This document shows positions 38,521-50,830 of a stretch of 64,000 bases of DNA, one piece after another (positions within the stretch are counted from its first letter, which is position 1; the number at the start of each line of letters is the position of its first letter). Source of the DNA: Eukaryota sp. TZLM1-RC (Eukaryota > Protista > Metamonada: BaSk clade). The position numbers and the translations under genes are program-made. The stretch covers positions 496,001 through 560,000 of the forward strand of contig JAUPSS010000006.1 of assembly GCA_040285825.1 (NCBI GenBank), in the 5' to 3' direction. Below the pieces are notes generated by a model. The model was given only the letters and a program-made list of their open reading frames with translations. It was not told the DNA's origin and did no database searches.

Positions 38521-38983
38521 TCTGAAGGTTCAGTTGATTAGCTAGTCTTCGTCAGTTTTGAAAAAAACCCAGAATAAAACTAGTGATACTGATTAGTTAG
38601 ACTAATTACTTCCAGCGGTGTAATGCCCTTGTTTTGGGAGAGATTGATTATTTAAATGTTGATTTAAAAATTGTTTAACAAATTTTTTTTATAAAAAAAG
38701 GTTGATGACCAATCCAAAAACACTGTTCCCAATAAGATACAATTCTATTTGCCAGTTTTTTCACATTGAATGTGAACACTTCCTCCTTATGAGTATTGAT
38801 ACGACAGTTTAATGACCTTATGGATAACGATCTTTGGGTTTTCCTTCAAAGTTACAAACGCCTGATTAAAGAAAGTTGTGTCATGAGAAGGTAGAGACAA
38901 CAAAGTATTGAAAAGAAATAAATAAAAGAAAGATGGACAATGAAGTGATGGTTTCAACAAACCAGTGACACGGTTGCTATTCA

Positions 38984-40360
38984 AGATCTAGAAAGTGACA
39001 AACATTTAGCGTTTTCGGTTCTGAATGTGTGTTTTGGATCAACAATTAATCACCTTCTTCGTTCTTTATCCCCCACAATTTCTCATGATTTTGCACGTCA
39101 ATTCAATACTTTTAGAACAAATTTCTTAGGAGATTTAGTAGAAGTTTGTCCATCAAAAATTCCTTATCATGCATTTTTTAGTCCTTAATTTGGTGGAGTT
39201 GGTTTTTCAAAAGCAGAGTATTTATGCAAAAGTGCTATTATTGGAGGTATGAAAAATTTTCTTTTTGAGTAGAAACTTCGTTTTGATCATATTCCTTTGA
39301 ATGAATCACATCCTTTATTAATTTCTCTTGAAAACATGGTGCAAGAATTACCTATTGATGTGTGGAATAAGTGTTTTACTTCAAGTTTGCTTTCTGTACC
39401 TTCGAGGTTTTTGTCTAATCTTCATCGTGCTGTTGTGAAATTACAGAAGTCTGTTTTAATTGGTTTTGAAGACCTGGATTTCTCTAAACGATTTAGTGTG
39501 ACTAAGATTAATAATCCCGTCTTTGCTGCCTTTTTATCAGACATTCAGAATTGCACTAGTTTAATATCTCAGCAACCAAGGCCATTTGGTCTTCACTTAA
39601 CAAATGAAGCTTGGAAACAAAACATGCGTTTGAAATCAGGGGTGCATCGAAGTGGTATTTTGGATAATTCTGTTTGTATGTGCAACGAAAAACCGACTGT
39701 CAATTCCCGTCATACTGTAAGTTGTAAGAAATTTCTTCAATATCGGTCAGCTCTTCATAATGCCGTTCGTGATGTGACATATGAGATGTCCAAGTGTTAC
39801 AATTTTAGTTGCAAAATAGAACCGTTGTTGAAGCATTATAGCGATAATAATCTGTTTAATTCACGTCGAGGTGATTTAATTGCTCCTTTTGTGGATTCCT
39901 CTCAAGTTGTTGTTGATTTTACTACAGTTGATTCCTTTGCTTTTATTTATCGTGATGATGTTTTACTTAGTGCTAATGGTCATTAAAACAAGGCTGAAGA
40001 TCGTAAAAGAGATAAATATACTGAGATATTAAATGATTTAAATAAGAATCTTTACTCGAAGTTTTCGTTTGTTCCTTTTGCCTTTTCGATTTTTGACAAC
40101 ATTGGACAGTCCGCCTTGAATTTTATCAATGATTTTGGTAATTTATGTCGTTCAAGTGGTAAGAATTTTGCAGGGAATTTATGGAAGAATCGTATCATTT
40201 TCGCTTTGTACAGAAGTGTTCCCAAGTACTTGAGTTTAATGATGTCCAAGCTGTACAAGGATTCATCATGAGTTGGTGTGGAGAATTTTGTTTCTTATGT
40301 GTTTTAGTTTGTTTTGTTATGTTTTGTTATTTTTTTAATAAATAAATAAATAAATAAAAT
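38984..40360 (+). mobile_element. 5'-truncated CRE-like non-LTR retrotransposon (thumb + CCHC + restriction-like endonuclease), decayed, with a (TAAA)n tail
   Basis: INHLLRSLSP, FGGVGF, CMC..HTVSC, ALHNAVRD, KIEP, RRGD, VVDF, KRDKY, FVPFAFSIF; several in-frame stops. Confidence 0.9.
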
Positions 40361-40399
40361 AAAAAAGAAATAATTACTAAATCAAAAAAGAATACAGTA

Positions 40400-40854
40400 T
40401 CAACTACAAAAGTATCTAGTAAAGACATAGTTAAAAGCAAAAATCTCAATACAATGCCTATTTATATCCCCCATGCCTCGTGAACGTAAAAACAGTACTC
40501 TTGCTCGTGCACAAAAATGGACAACTTAGTGTTAAATTCTTCGGCTTCAACAGATTAAAGGAATTACAACCAATTTGGAAATTAGACCTTTGGAAAGTAG
40601 ACCTTCACCTCATCGACACTGTCCAGAATTTTTCTCCTAATCAGTCTGCCTATTTGACTGTTTTATGGAAAGAAAAATGGAAAGATGTTGGCTTTGAGAT
40701 GTCTGATTCAGTCTATCTGAATATTACTCAACAGAAAGATTTTTGGACAAGTGACTGGAGAGCAGTTTATTACTGTAAGCGTTTAATGGAAGAAGATCCA
40801 ATACAAATAGAAAAATTTACTACTGAAGATTATATGAATTTACGAAGATTCTAA
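40400..40854 (+). pseudogene. Divergent Ulp1-like protease fragment
   Basis: PIYIP..HLIDTV..ITQQKDFWTSDWRAVYY resembles QQxDxxxCG; catalytic His/Cys not intact. Confidence 0.4.
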
Positions 40855-40964
40855 AAATTGGTCTTCTTCTCTCTTGTAATGAGGTAGAATTTGACAGTAC
40901 AAATGAAGAGCTGGATACTCCCCACAGTCCAAACAGTGCACAGTATGTCGAGCCACAAAATAGA

Positions 40965-41438
40965 TTGAATGTTAATCTACCATCATCGCCACGATCGTCA
41001 CTACACATACCTCTCTCAGCGTTGGATAAGTCATTACTGGTTGAACATTTACGTCAGAATTTTGCCCCAAATACTGTTGTGAAAGACATTTATGAACAAC
41101 AAGTATATTGGGCTATTGTATACCCCCTTGGTCAGCTCTTGGAGAAACTTTCCTTTTTGAAGAGACCACTTCAACAACAATTTCCTTCTCTTGACCCTGC
41201 TATGAAAATGGCACTTTTTAAAGAATCACCTTCTGAAATCTCCTACACTGCTGTGCACGAAGAGAATATATTTCAAACCAGCAAACTGTCTCCGTTGTTG
41301 GTCTATAACAACCGTAATATAAAAGTTATCCCCACTTTTGCAACTTGGCTCAAAAAGAAAATTAAATGTCCAAAAAACAGAAGTGCTCTGAAGCAACGTC
41401 TTTTATTTGAGTTAGAGAATCAAATTGCATATAAATAA
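40965..41438 (+). CDS. Hypothetical protein (157 aa), probably the continuation of the upstream gene
   Basis: Open frame, same strand and adjacent; no recognised domain. Confidence 0.35.
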   Translation: MNVNLPSSPRSSLHIPLSALDKSLLVEHLRQNFAPNTVVKDIYEQQVYWAIVYPLGQLLEKLSFLKRPLQQQFPSLDPAMKMALFKESPSEISYTAVHEENIFQTSKLSPLLVYNNRNIKVIPTFATWLKKKIKCPKNRSALKQRLLFELENQIAYK

Positions 41439-41877
41439 ATATTATTGTATGTTTATATTGTGTTTCAGTTGTTAATAAATTTTTGTTATTCTGTTTATTG
41501 AATCACATACTATATCTCAATTACCCACAGGAACGATATACTAAAACACTCCACTCGTTTAAATTTACTCGATACCATCAATAAATAGATTCCAATAGCT
41601 ACAATTCATTTTACAGACACCAACAAGTAATAATCAAATGTCAAATAAAGTTTAAACAATATATTATACCCACAGGAGTGTTATCCAAAATCAGTCCAAT
41701 TATCGAAATTCACTCCAGTCCGACTGGAGCTCTCAAACGCCATGGTACAGTTGTAAAAACAAGTATTGCTTACGTAACAAGACAATGAGAAGCAACAAAA
41801 CCCCACAACAACAGTTGTTCAGTGGTATAAGCAAAAATGAAATTCCACCAAATCCCTCTATTTTTGGTTAACCTCCA

Positions 41878-42546
41878 ATGTCCGCCAAAACTCCACAGTA
41901 TAGAACTCCAGAGAACCGTAAGGGAGCTGTGAGACGCAATTCAGTGAGATCATCTATTGAGAAGAAAGCCTCTCAACTTACGGAGCAACTCGACTGCTCG
42001 GTTGACCTCCGAATCATACAACATAATGATCAATGGGACTTTACTTATCATTATCTTGGGCGACCCGGTCAACCTGTTCTTCTTAAAAACAACAAGCCCA
42101 TCATATCACAGCTTTCCACCCTGACAAGACCAACTGCTCAAGAAAAACCTTTCTTCCGGTCAAGAAGTCTTAATGTAGCCTTACATGAAAAACAGGACCG
42201 TCACGGTTTCCGTTCTCTTCTTCGTGATTATAAAGGCAAAGCCCAACATCTTAAAACCGACCAAGTTCTCCCTTCATTTTGGCTTCAAATAATTTCTTAT
42301 TCCTACACAGCCCACACTCCCTTCACTCTGCTTGACTCCAATTCCTGGCAAATGTTGAAACTTGACCCTGCACCATGGACCAGAGACCATGGTAAATTTT
42401 ATTTTAATAAGTTAAATACTGGTCCCATTGTTTTTCCGAGATTCATAGGACCTGAGAGCTTAGACCATGAATTGGGTCATTGGGTACTGTTTATTGTCCT
42501 AAAAACAGAAAAAAAGACAAATGGGCACTGTGATAAGGATTTTTGA
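41878..42546 (+). pseudogene. Ulp1-like protease N-terminal part, truncated by a satellite
   Basis: Ends LDHELGHWVLFIVLKTEKKTN, overlapping LDNELGHWVLFMVLKTELKTN at ~9070. Confidence 0.7.
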
Positions 42547-44473
42547 TTGGTTGAATGGTCATTGGTATGATTAGATGAGTTGCATGTATTCTTTATGTAC
42601 TAGATGCGATCAACTTGTGATCAAATTTTGTGTGAAATTTTGTGTGAATAATGTTGGCTATGTGTTACTTGGTCAATACATACTCATGATTACACTTTCA
42701 ATTGATTTTGTATATATTTGAATTAATTGAGTTTATTAATTTTTAAACATTAAATTGTAAAAATAGTAAAAAATAAAAAAGTATACAATTGAATGTTGCA
42801 AACTAATAAAACCATTGATGTAACTGTAAGAGTATCGTTTTTGATACGATTTACTGAGGCTAATATGAAGTTCCAGTTTCGTATATTGACCAATGGTTTT
42901 TTATTACAATCATTGGTCAAATCTTTAAAGTCCATTTTGGGACAATTAATAACAAAATTGTGGTGTTAAAGTCCGTGCTATAGTCATTTGAGTAGTCATT
43001 GGTATGATTGGTGAAATGGTCATTGGTATGATTAGATGAGTTGCATGTATTCTTTATGTACTAGATGTGATCAACTTGTGATCAAACTTTGTGTGAAATT
43101 GTGTGTGAGTAATGTTGGCTATGTGTTACTTGATCAGTACAAACTCATGATTACATTTTCAAATGATTTTGTATATATTTGAATTAATTGAGTTTATTAA
43201 TTTTTAAACATTAAATTGTAAAAAAAATAAAAAATCAAAAAGTATACAATTGAATGTTGTAAACTAATAAAACAATTGCTGTAAGTGTAAGAGTATCGTT
43301 TTTGATACGATTTACTGAGGCTCATATGAAGTTCCTAGTTTCGTATATTGACCAATGGTTGTTTATTACAATCGTTGGTCAAATCTTTAAAGTCCATTTT
43401 GGGACAATTAATATAACAATTTTGGTGTTAAAGTCCGTGCTATGGTCATGTGAGTAGTCATTGGTTTGATTGGTTGAATGGTCATTGGTGTGATTTGGTG
43501 AGTTGCATGTAGTCCTTATGTACTAGATGTGATCAACTTGTGATCAAACTTTGTGTGAAATTGTGTGTGAGTAATGTTGGCTATGTGTTACTTGATCAGT
43601 ACAAACTCATGATTACATTTTCAAATGATTTTGTATATATTTGAATTAATTGAGTTTATTAATTTTTAAACATTAAATTGTAAAAAAAATAAAAAATCAA
43701 AAAGTATACAATTGAATGTTGTAAACTAATAAAACAATTGCTGTAAGTGTAAGAGTATCGTTTTTGATACGATTTACTGAGGCTCATATGAAGTTCCTAG
43801 TTTCGTATATTGACCAATGGTTGTTTATTACAATCGTTGGTCAAATCTTTAAAGTCCATTTTGGGACAATTAATATAACAATTTTGGTGTTAAAGTCCGT
43901 GCTATGGTCATGTGAGTAGTCATTGGTTTGATTGGTTGAATGGTCATTGGTGTGATTTGGTGAGTTGCATGTAGTCCTTATGTACTAGATGTGATCAACT
44001 TGTGATCAAACTTTGTGTGAAATTGTGTGTGAGTAATGTTGGCTATGTGTTACTTGATCAGTACAAACTCATGATTACACTTTCAATTGATTTTGTATAT
44101 ATTTGAATTAATTGAGTTTATTAATTTTTAAACATTAAATTGTAAAAATAGTAAAAAATAAAAAAGTATACAATTGAATGTTGCAAACTAATAAAACCAT
44201 TGATGTAACTGTAAGAGTATCGTTTTTGATACGATTTACTGAGGCTAATATGAAGTTCCAGTTTCGTATATTGACCAATGGTTTTTTATTACAATCATTG
44301 GTCAAATCTTTAAAGTCCATTTTGGGACAATTAATAACAAAATTGTGGTGTTAAAATCCGTGCTATAGTCATTTGAGTAGTCATTGGTATGATTGGTGAA
44401 ATGGTCATTGGTATGATTAGATGAGTTGCATGTATTCTTTATGTACTAGATGTGATCAACTTGTGATCAAACT
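42544..44473 (+). repeat. Satellite family E, 461-462-bp unit x ~4.2
   Basis: TGATTGGT..ATGGTCATTGG starts at 42544, 43005, 43467, 43929 and 44390. Confidence 0.97.
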
Positions 44474-44822
44474 TATTTATTTAATGTTCTTTTTTGAAGC
44501 ACCACTGATGGTTCGGATAAGTTTGACCAGCATTTGCCAGAAAGAATCACACAACTTGTGCTTGTGACTCACAATAATTAGTGTGGTCGTAAGACATATA
44601 TGCTAGCTGAATGTTAGAATGTGTTGGTGTAAGGCGTGTTAAATTAAAAAGAATTTTATTTAATGTTATTCTATATGAATTAAGGTATTTATTAGTGAGA
44701 TACCTACAATGAGGAGGACTCAATGCCGATCAGTTGGAGATGGATTAAGGAATATTTAAGATTTCTTGTACTACCAAACTTAGTATGTACACAATGAGTG
44801 CAATAAATGGGCCAATAACATT

Positions 44823-45194
44823 TCAATGTTGGAGAAAGTCATCATCCACTTTCATGACATATTCGGCGAATTTTTTCAGTGTGGAGAAGGAATTGACAAT
44901 ATCAGGCGCCTTGTCTACAAGCATGGCAATGGTGTCTCTAAACATCTGTTCTTCTTCTGCTTTATCATGATCTACTTCTGCAACGGGTTGTTCATGATGA
45001 ACCAGGGGAGAAAGAAGGTGAAGCACATGATCAACAGGAGGAGAAAGAGGAGAAGAGAAAACAAGAGAGTCAGAGGGGACCAGATGGTCAAAAAGTGAAG
45101 ATGAAGGGTGTTTTAGTTTCCACTCGTGAGGTTCATGAGGGTCTTGTGATTGGCTGTGAGAGTCAGGATGTTCAAGATCCCATTTATTTGCCAT
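44823..45194 (-). CDS. Family C copy 3 (apparently intact, 123 aa)
   Basis: ATG start, His/Pro-rich N-terminus, FRDTIAMLVDKAPDIVNSFSTLKKFAEYVMKVDDDF. Its 3' flank 44711-44828 recurs at 35632-35750. Confidence 0.6.
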   Translation of the reverse strand: MANKWDLEHPDSHSQSQDPHEPHEWKLKHPSSSLFDHLVPSDSLVFSSPLSPPVDHVLHLLSPLVHHEQPVAEVDHDKAEEEQMFRDTIAMLVDKAPDIVNSFSTLKKFAEYVMKVDDDFLQH

Positions 45195-45581
45195 TTTGTC
45201 AATAAAAGTGGTATTGTATTTGTGTTTTCTAGACCTTAATCTTTGAGCATACCAATTTCAATAAACATAAATACTATTCATTGTCAGTTATTCTTCACTG
45301 AGTAATGTTTCGCCATGTCAAATAGCCAAGCAACATCAGGGCCATTTATTCCGCTGTTGACCTTTTTCTGTTCTTCAATAGTGACAGTGACAGCCTTTGC
45401 CTTTTCAAAATCTGCACATTTCTTTTTGAATTCATCTCTAGTAAGAGTCTTAGGTGCAATAAGGACATAAAATAGAGGTCTACAAGTTTTTTCGTAGTCC
45501 AGATATTTGTTCAGAAGGTCTACGTTTAGTGACTATTAATAATCCTTTAGAATCTTCACTTCGACAAGACTTTGGTTCGCC

Positions 45582-46025
45582 ATGTCAAATACCCATAATT
45601 AATTAACACCCCTAACCGTATAAAGATATTGAACAAGCTCATACCTCTGAAACTGAATCAAAGTTTGAAGGTTCTCCATTACCAACAGTCGACAATAGAC
45701 ATTTGATCTATACTGTTAAAAGCTTAATTGCTTCATATGGATTAACAACAGTGTTGACAACTGCTGGAGGTATTGTTGATGTTGGTACAAAGACAACAAG
45801 AAGTACTTCACAAATTTTATCTCAGATTGAACTTGAACCAAAAACTGATACTACAAGACCATTTGACCTTGCAATATTTCCAAATTCAATTAGCAAGAAA
45901 AAAGTTGCGTGGAGTGTTCAAGAAAGCTTAAACTTATGGCTTCTCTGGCGACAAAATAGTCCCACAACTGGCAAGAGAACCAATTAAAAGAAGATTTTAG
46001 ACATTGGCAACAAGAATAAAGCCTA
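45582..46025 (+). pseudogene. Telobox-type Myb family copy 4
   Basis: SLIASYGLTTVLTTAGGIVDVG..KKVAWSVQESLNLWLLW..TN*KKILDIGN aligns with 19312..19764. Confidence 0.8.
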
Positions 46026-46632
46026 AAATAGATTTGTGCTTGTAACATTTTTTCAATATTTTTTTGTTGTTTGATATAGTAAATTTTTTTCATAGTTTCA
46101 AATTCAGGTTCACTGGGGATAACTTCTGTTATTTCCCTGTAATTAACATCTCTAACTGTTTTTTTCAAAAAATATTCTTCCAATGATAATTGATATTTAA
46201 TTTTAAAACAATGAAAGTAGAAATGTCTACAATGATTTGAGTGAAATAATCGATATTAATTGTTGTTGTAAAAAAAGAAAATTGAAATGAATGATGAAAA
46301 GTAGGAATGATTAATAAAAAAATTATAAAGCTCAACGTATCTTGGGAAACATACATATTATAGTCACGGAATTAATTGTTCCTAAGATATTGTAACTTTC
46401 CTTTTTATAAATGAATAAACATCAACACAATAAAAGCAATCTAAACTTAATTGTTATAATAATTTTTATCTCATCAAAAGTACTTTTAGTAATTTATAAT
46501 TGGCATCAAAGTGACTTTGTATGTGGAATTAAAATTTTTCATCAATATATTAAATCAAAAACACAACCGTGTGTGTCAATCGGATCGACAAACGGTATCA
46601 GCAGCTTGACAATTGGTGCAAAACAATAGTTT

Positions 46633-47022
46633 TCAACCATTTTTTGAATCTTTTACCTTTGTTTTGCAAAATGGACAACAAAAATTTTTGTTTTCAGAAG
46701 AGGAAGGAGAGTGAGCACCAGAAGCATTTAAGTGAAGATCGTCAGAAACATTATTTTCAGCACAACTCAAATGTGCATCAGCTGGAATGAAACATTGGAG
46801 AATTTGTTGAACAGATTTTAATTCAATTTCACTTTTTTGATTTTCAGGGCATGTTCTCGAATTATGACCATTGATACCACAAATCGAACATTTTTTAGAA
46901 CCTTTCAAATCTGCTGAAAATATGTTTGAATTTTGAGGCCTAATATTTGGTAACGACGATTCAAAAACAAACTTTTCAGTATTAAGTTTCTCATTATCAT
47001 TTAATTTTTTCTTGCTTGTCAA
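46633..47022 (-). pseudogene. Family D fragment (CCHC knuckle + first CxxC)
   Basis: CSICGINGHNSRTC..CCPFCKTKV. Confidence 0.75.
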
Positions 47023-47609
47023 AATATTATGTTACGAATCACCACAATTACTACATACCAAAACAATCAGCGAGACTATTTATGACGCCATTGCCCAAGG
47101 TTTGTATTTAATTACACTAATTTCAGACGCTGATTTGGTTGACATTCAGTTCAATTTTATGAATTTTTATCTTCGTCATGCCAGTTCTCTCGAGATTGCG
47201 AAAGTTCAGTTGCTATGTAGTTGTGTAACAGATAATACAGATAAACTTGCTTTGGTCCTGGATGTTTTCGAGTGTAGGAAGGACCATTGCAAAGGGAAGT
47301 GTAAGGAAATACCAGTACAAAAATATTAGGGCTAATGCGACTGGCCAAACAAGTATTCGATAAAGGAACACTGATGTGTGAATCACATACAGGTTCCAGG
47401 TTCGTGCCCCAGACACGACCAGCAAATTCATATATATTGTGTTTTCTTGAATTATTTATAAAATGTTTATTAATCCAAAAAAATGTTGAATAAATGATTG
47501 ATAAGCAATTTATAAAAAGTTCATGATGGAAAAGCGGTTGATTCATTTATTCAAAAAAGGCAACTACTGTCGTCAATTTTTCATATATAAATGCTACGTA
47601 TGGCTAAAT

Positions 47610-47765
47610 AGGTACTTAACAAAAAGGGTGATTGATGATGCCAATCTTTATAAAATCACAAACATGCTTATTCCTCTACAACCTGGTTCTGTTACACATG
47701 TTGAAAATATATTAACACAAGACATTTCTCCAAAATATGTTGAACGATTGGAAGAACATAATTTT
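47610..47765 (+). pseudogene. AMSH-like JAMM/MPN fragment
   Basis: YKITNMLIPLQPGSVTHVENIL..SPKYVERL, homologous to 52299..52844. Confidence 0.6.
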
Positions 47766-48399
47766 AAAAAAAGTAATTTAATATACTAATAAAAGTAACA
47801 TGCTATACTAATATATACAAGTGTTTATTAGTTACCAGTGATTTTCATTCAACAAATATATGCACCAACGTTTTTTGAAACCTCCCGTAAGACTCAGACA
47901 GAAAACAATTCATCCCATGGATCTCCTAAATTACAACAAAAATTGGTTGACAAAAGTAACTTACATTTACCTCTGGGTTCAAACAAAAAAAAGTTCAGTG
48001 GCTATGTAGTTGAGTGGGTAAATGCCCTCATTGCAATACAGAACAAAAGTAGGAAGCGCAAGTAGTAAGTGATTCCAATCTGAAAAAACACACTGGTTCC
48101 CCTTTATGTTTCAAAAGACCATGTTGTTCTGAATCACCTGTTTTATCCTCAGGTGAGAGAATTAGAAGTCATTATGCAGATTTTGGTAGAACGATGTTAT
48201 TAGTTATGAATTGGTATATGTATGATGTAGATGTTGTTTAATGAAAATGAAATAAATTTTAAACTTATTTGAGAATATTGAAAACCGTATCACGTTACCC
48301 CTGTATCAACCAATGTTGCTCACTAAGGTTTGATGTGTCTGTCGTTCCGACGAACATGGAAGACAACTAAACTTTGATCGAAAAGGACAATCAGAGTGA

Positions 48400-48680
48400 T
48401 TGCTCACTATAGACTCCAATGGTAATCTCTGGAAGGTTGCATTAAATGAAGAAGAATCTCATAATCCTAATCAGGTAAAAGGTATAAATTGCGCACAATC
48501 TATCAGTGGTTTTGACGGTGTTTATGCAGTTTTGGACATGTACGGTCAAGTTTTTATGTGGTAGTAACTTCCTCATTGCCTATATCAGCAGCACAGTATG
48601 GGTTTGGAGATCCAATAGAAATGGAGAATTAGGAACTGGTGATACAAATGCTCGATCACAACCTGAACAAGTGTTTGGTT
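48400..48680 (+). pseudogene. RCC1-repeat protein fragment
   Basis: IDSNGNLW..LDMYGQVFMW..SNRNGELGTGDTNARSQPEQV. Confidence 0.7.
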
Positions 48681-49589
48681 AGATATTCAGGGTCTTTTGG
48701 AATATCCCAAGCAACCGATCGACATAGTGTTACGTTCAATAATTGAAATTCTCTATCGGAAATATTTAAATTATTTGTGCAATACCTATGGTAATCATCC
48801 TTATGTTAAAGGAAGATATTACAACAAGTGTGTTTTAAGTGAAATGGTAGTCAAAATTTGCACTAAAGGTGTTAAACAATCATCCTAGTATGAATTCATT
48901 GTATTTGCAAAATCCTCCCGATTTAAAGTTAAAACCTAATATTAATGATTAGGAATTGAAATTACCAACTAATAACAACTAATAAACTAATTACACAATT
49001 CTTCAGCAATTGTTAAGCAACTGCATTCCCGGGAAATTTTTTACTTTTTAAAAAAATGAAAACACATAACGAAAATAAAAAGAACAATATTAGAAAAGAA
49101 TTATTTGAAAATGTAAGAACATTAAAACTAAGAGGGACTCCCTTACGATATTCCCGTCGTGTTCCCGTCGAAGGTTGTTGAATGAACTGGAGGAAAAAAC
49201 AAATCAGAAAAGTGTTTTTTTTCAATAATGTATTACACGTGTGATATCACTAGTGAAATACACCACTCAATCCCCTTTTCTGAGGTTGTTTCTAATGTTC
49301 CACAATCCTTTGATTCAACTGGAGAGCTGTTTACCAATCGCATTTTCTGCTACCTCGATTTAGGGTTTAGATGTATTGGTTCAACTGTATCAGAAATTAA
49401 AGGTGGTAAGAAGGTCGAATATTATTTACGATTTGGCTACAATGATTCGGAATGTAATTGGTTTGCCATTAAATTTCGTTTCATCAACCGTTTTGTGATG
49501 AATGATCATCCAAATTTTCTGAGGAAAAATCATTACCTCTATAAACTTGGGTTGTGTATTCTCATACTTAATCTGGCTTTACTTTTCTT

Positions 49590-50830
49590 CACTATTAATT
49601 GTTGTAGTGCATAAAGAAAATAGAAATGAATTAATTTTGTTGAGGTAAAAAAAAGAAACCCTCAAATTAATTCATAAATGAAGTTGCTGTAAGTATTAAA
49701 CGTACAAAGGTCCAAAAACATGAAGACTATACAGACACACGTAATCAAAACTTTTTGGAGCGTAATCAACTTCAAACAGTTAAAAACTGAATGATTGGTG
49801 ATTACTCAGTTGTTTATGTAATTATTAATAGAGACTCAAAATAACGAGAATTACTCTCAATATTTGGTAGAGACTCTAAATTCAAAAATATTATCTTAAG
49901 AAATATTTAACTCAAAATTATATTAATTTGAAGAAAATTTACAACTATCTCAAACATCTTACTGAGTTCAAAAAATAAACATGAAAACGAATAAGATGAA
50001 ATAATAAAAACAATATGTCACTAATGATATTTTGGACAAAAGGTCATAAATAAGATCAACTTGGAATTATTCATAGTTTAAATAATGTTGGTTAATTCAA
50101 AGTCATTATCAACAGCATAACAGCAGCCAAATCATGAATAAGAAACGTTTCAGAATCAAAAGTAGAATCACTAGTAACAGTAGATATTAACAACTGCAAC
50201 ATCAAAAACAATATCGAATTAAACAAGAGTAGTAAGAGGTTCATCAATAGCACATGCACTGATAACTTTCCCATCAGAATCAACTGGACATAAAGTGTTG
50301 ATATTGGGAAGAACAAAGACTGATAACAGCACCATGTTCTTGGGTTCAAATCCCACCAAGATCAAAAAATTAATAGCTCAATTCCAAATGAGTCATAGAC
50401 AATAAACGAAGCTAGAACTAGAAGTCAGCAAAGAAGAGTTGGTGGTGAAGGGTAGACAAGAATGTTTCATGACTGGGAGCAGAAAGTTTGGGTACAACAA
50501 GATGTCATTCATTAGAGTTCATCAACAGCAGAAAGTTTCAGTAAAAGTAAAGGGAATGAAGTACAAGAACTAAACCAAGAATGAAGAGAATTGGGTTGGC
50601 AAGGTTTCTGCGGATATCTTGAAAGGATATCTGTAATGTTTACAGTTTTTGTGTTTCAAAATTCCGATCGATCGGGTTGACAAAAGGAATTAAATTTCAT
50701 CCAATAGAGAATATAAATCTCAGACATCAGAACAAATGACAGAGAGTTGGGTTGGCAAGGTTTCACAGGATATCTACAGTTATTCTGTTTCAAACAGCAT
50801 TTTTCCGATCGATCGGATTGACACAAAGCA
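49590..50830. repeat. Family A copy 6 (right end duplicated)
   Basis: Hairpin, core block, B-box at 50342, CCGATCGATCGG at 50664 and 50805. Confidence 0.88.

Noticed and set aside
39180-39990. Alternative genetic code (TAA/TAG = Gln), suggested by SP*FGG aligning with SQFGG
   Set aside because: Other in-frame stops align to Val and Leu, and homologous ORFs end at TAA/TAG; ordinary decay explains it
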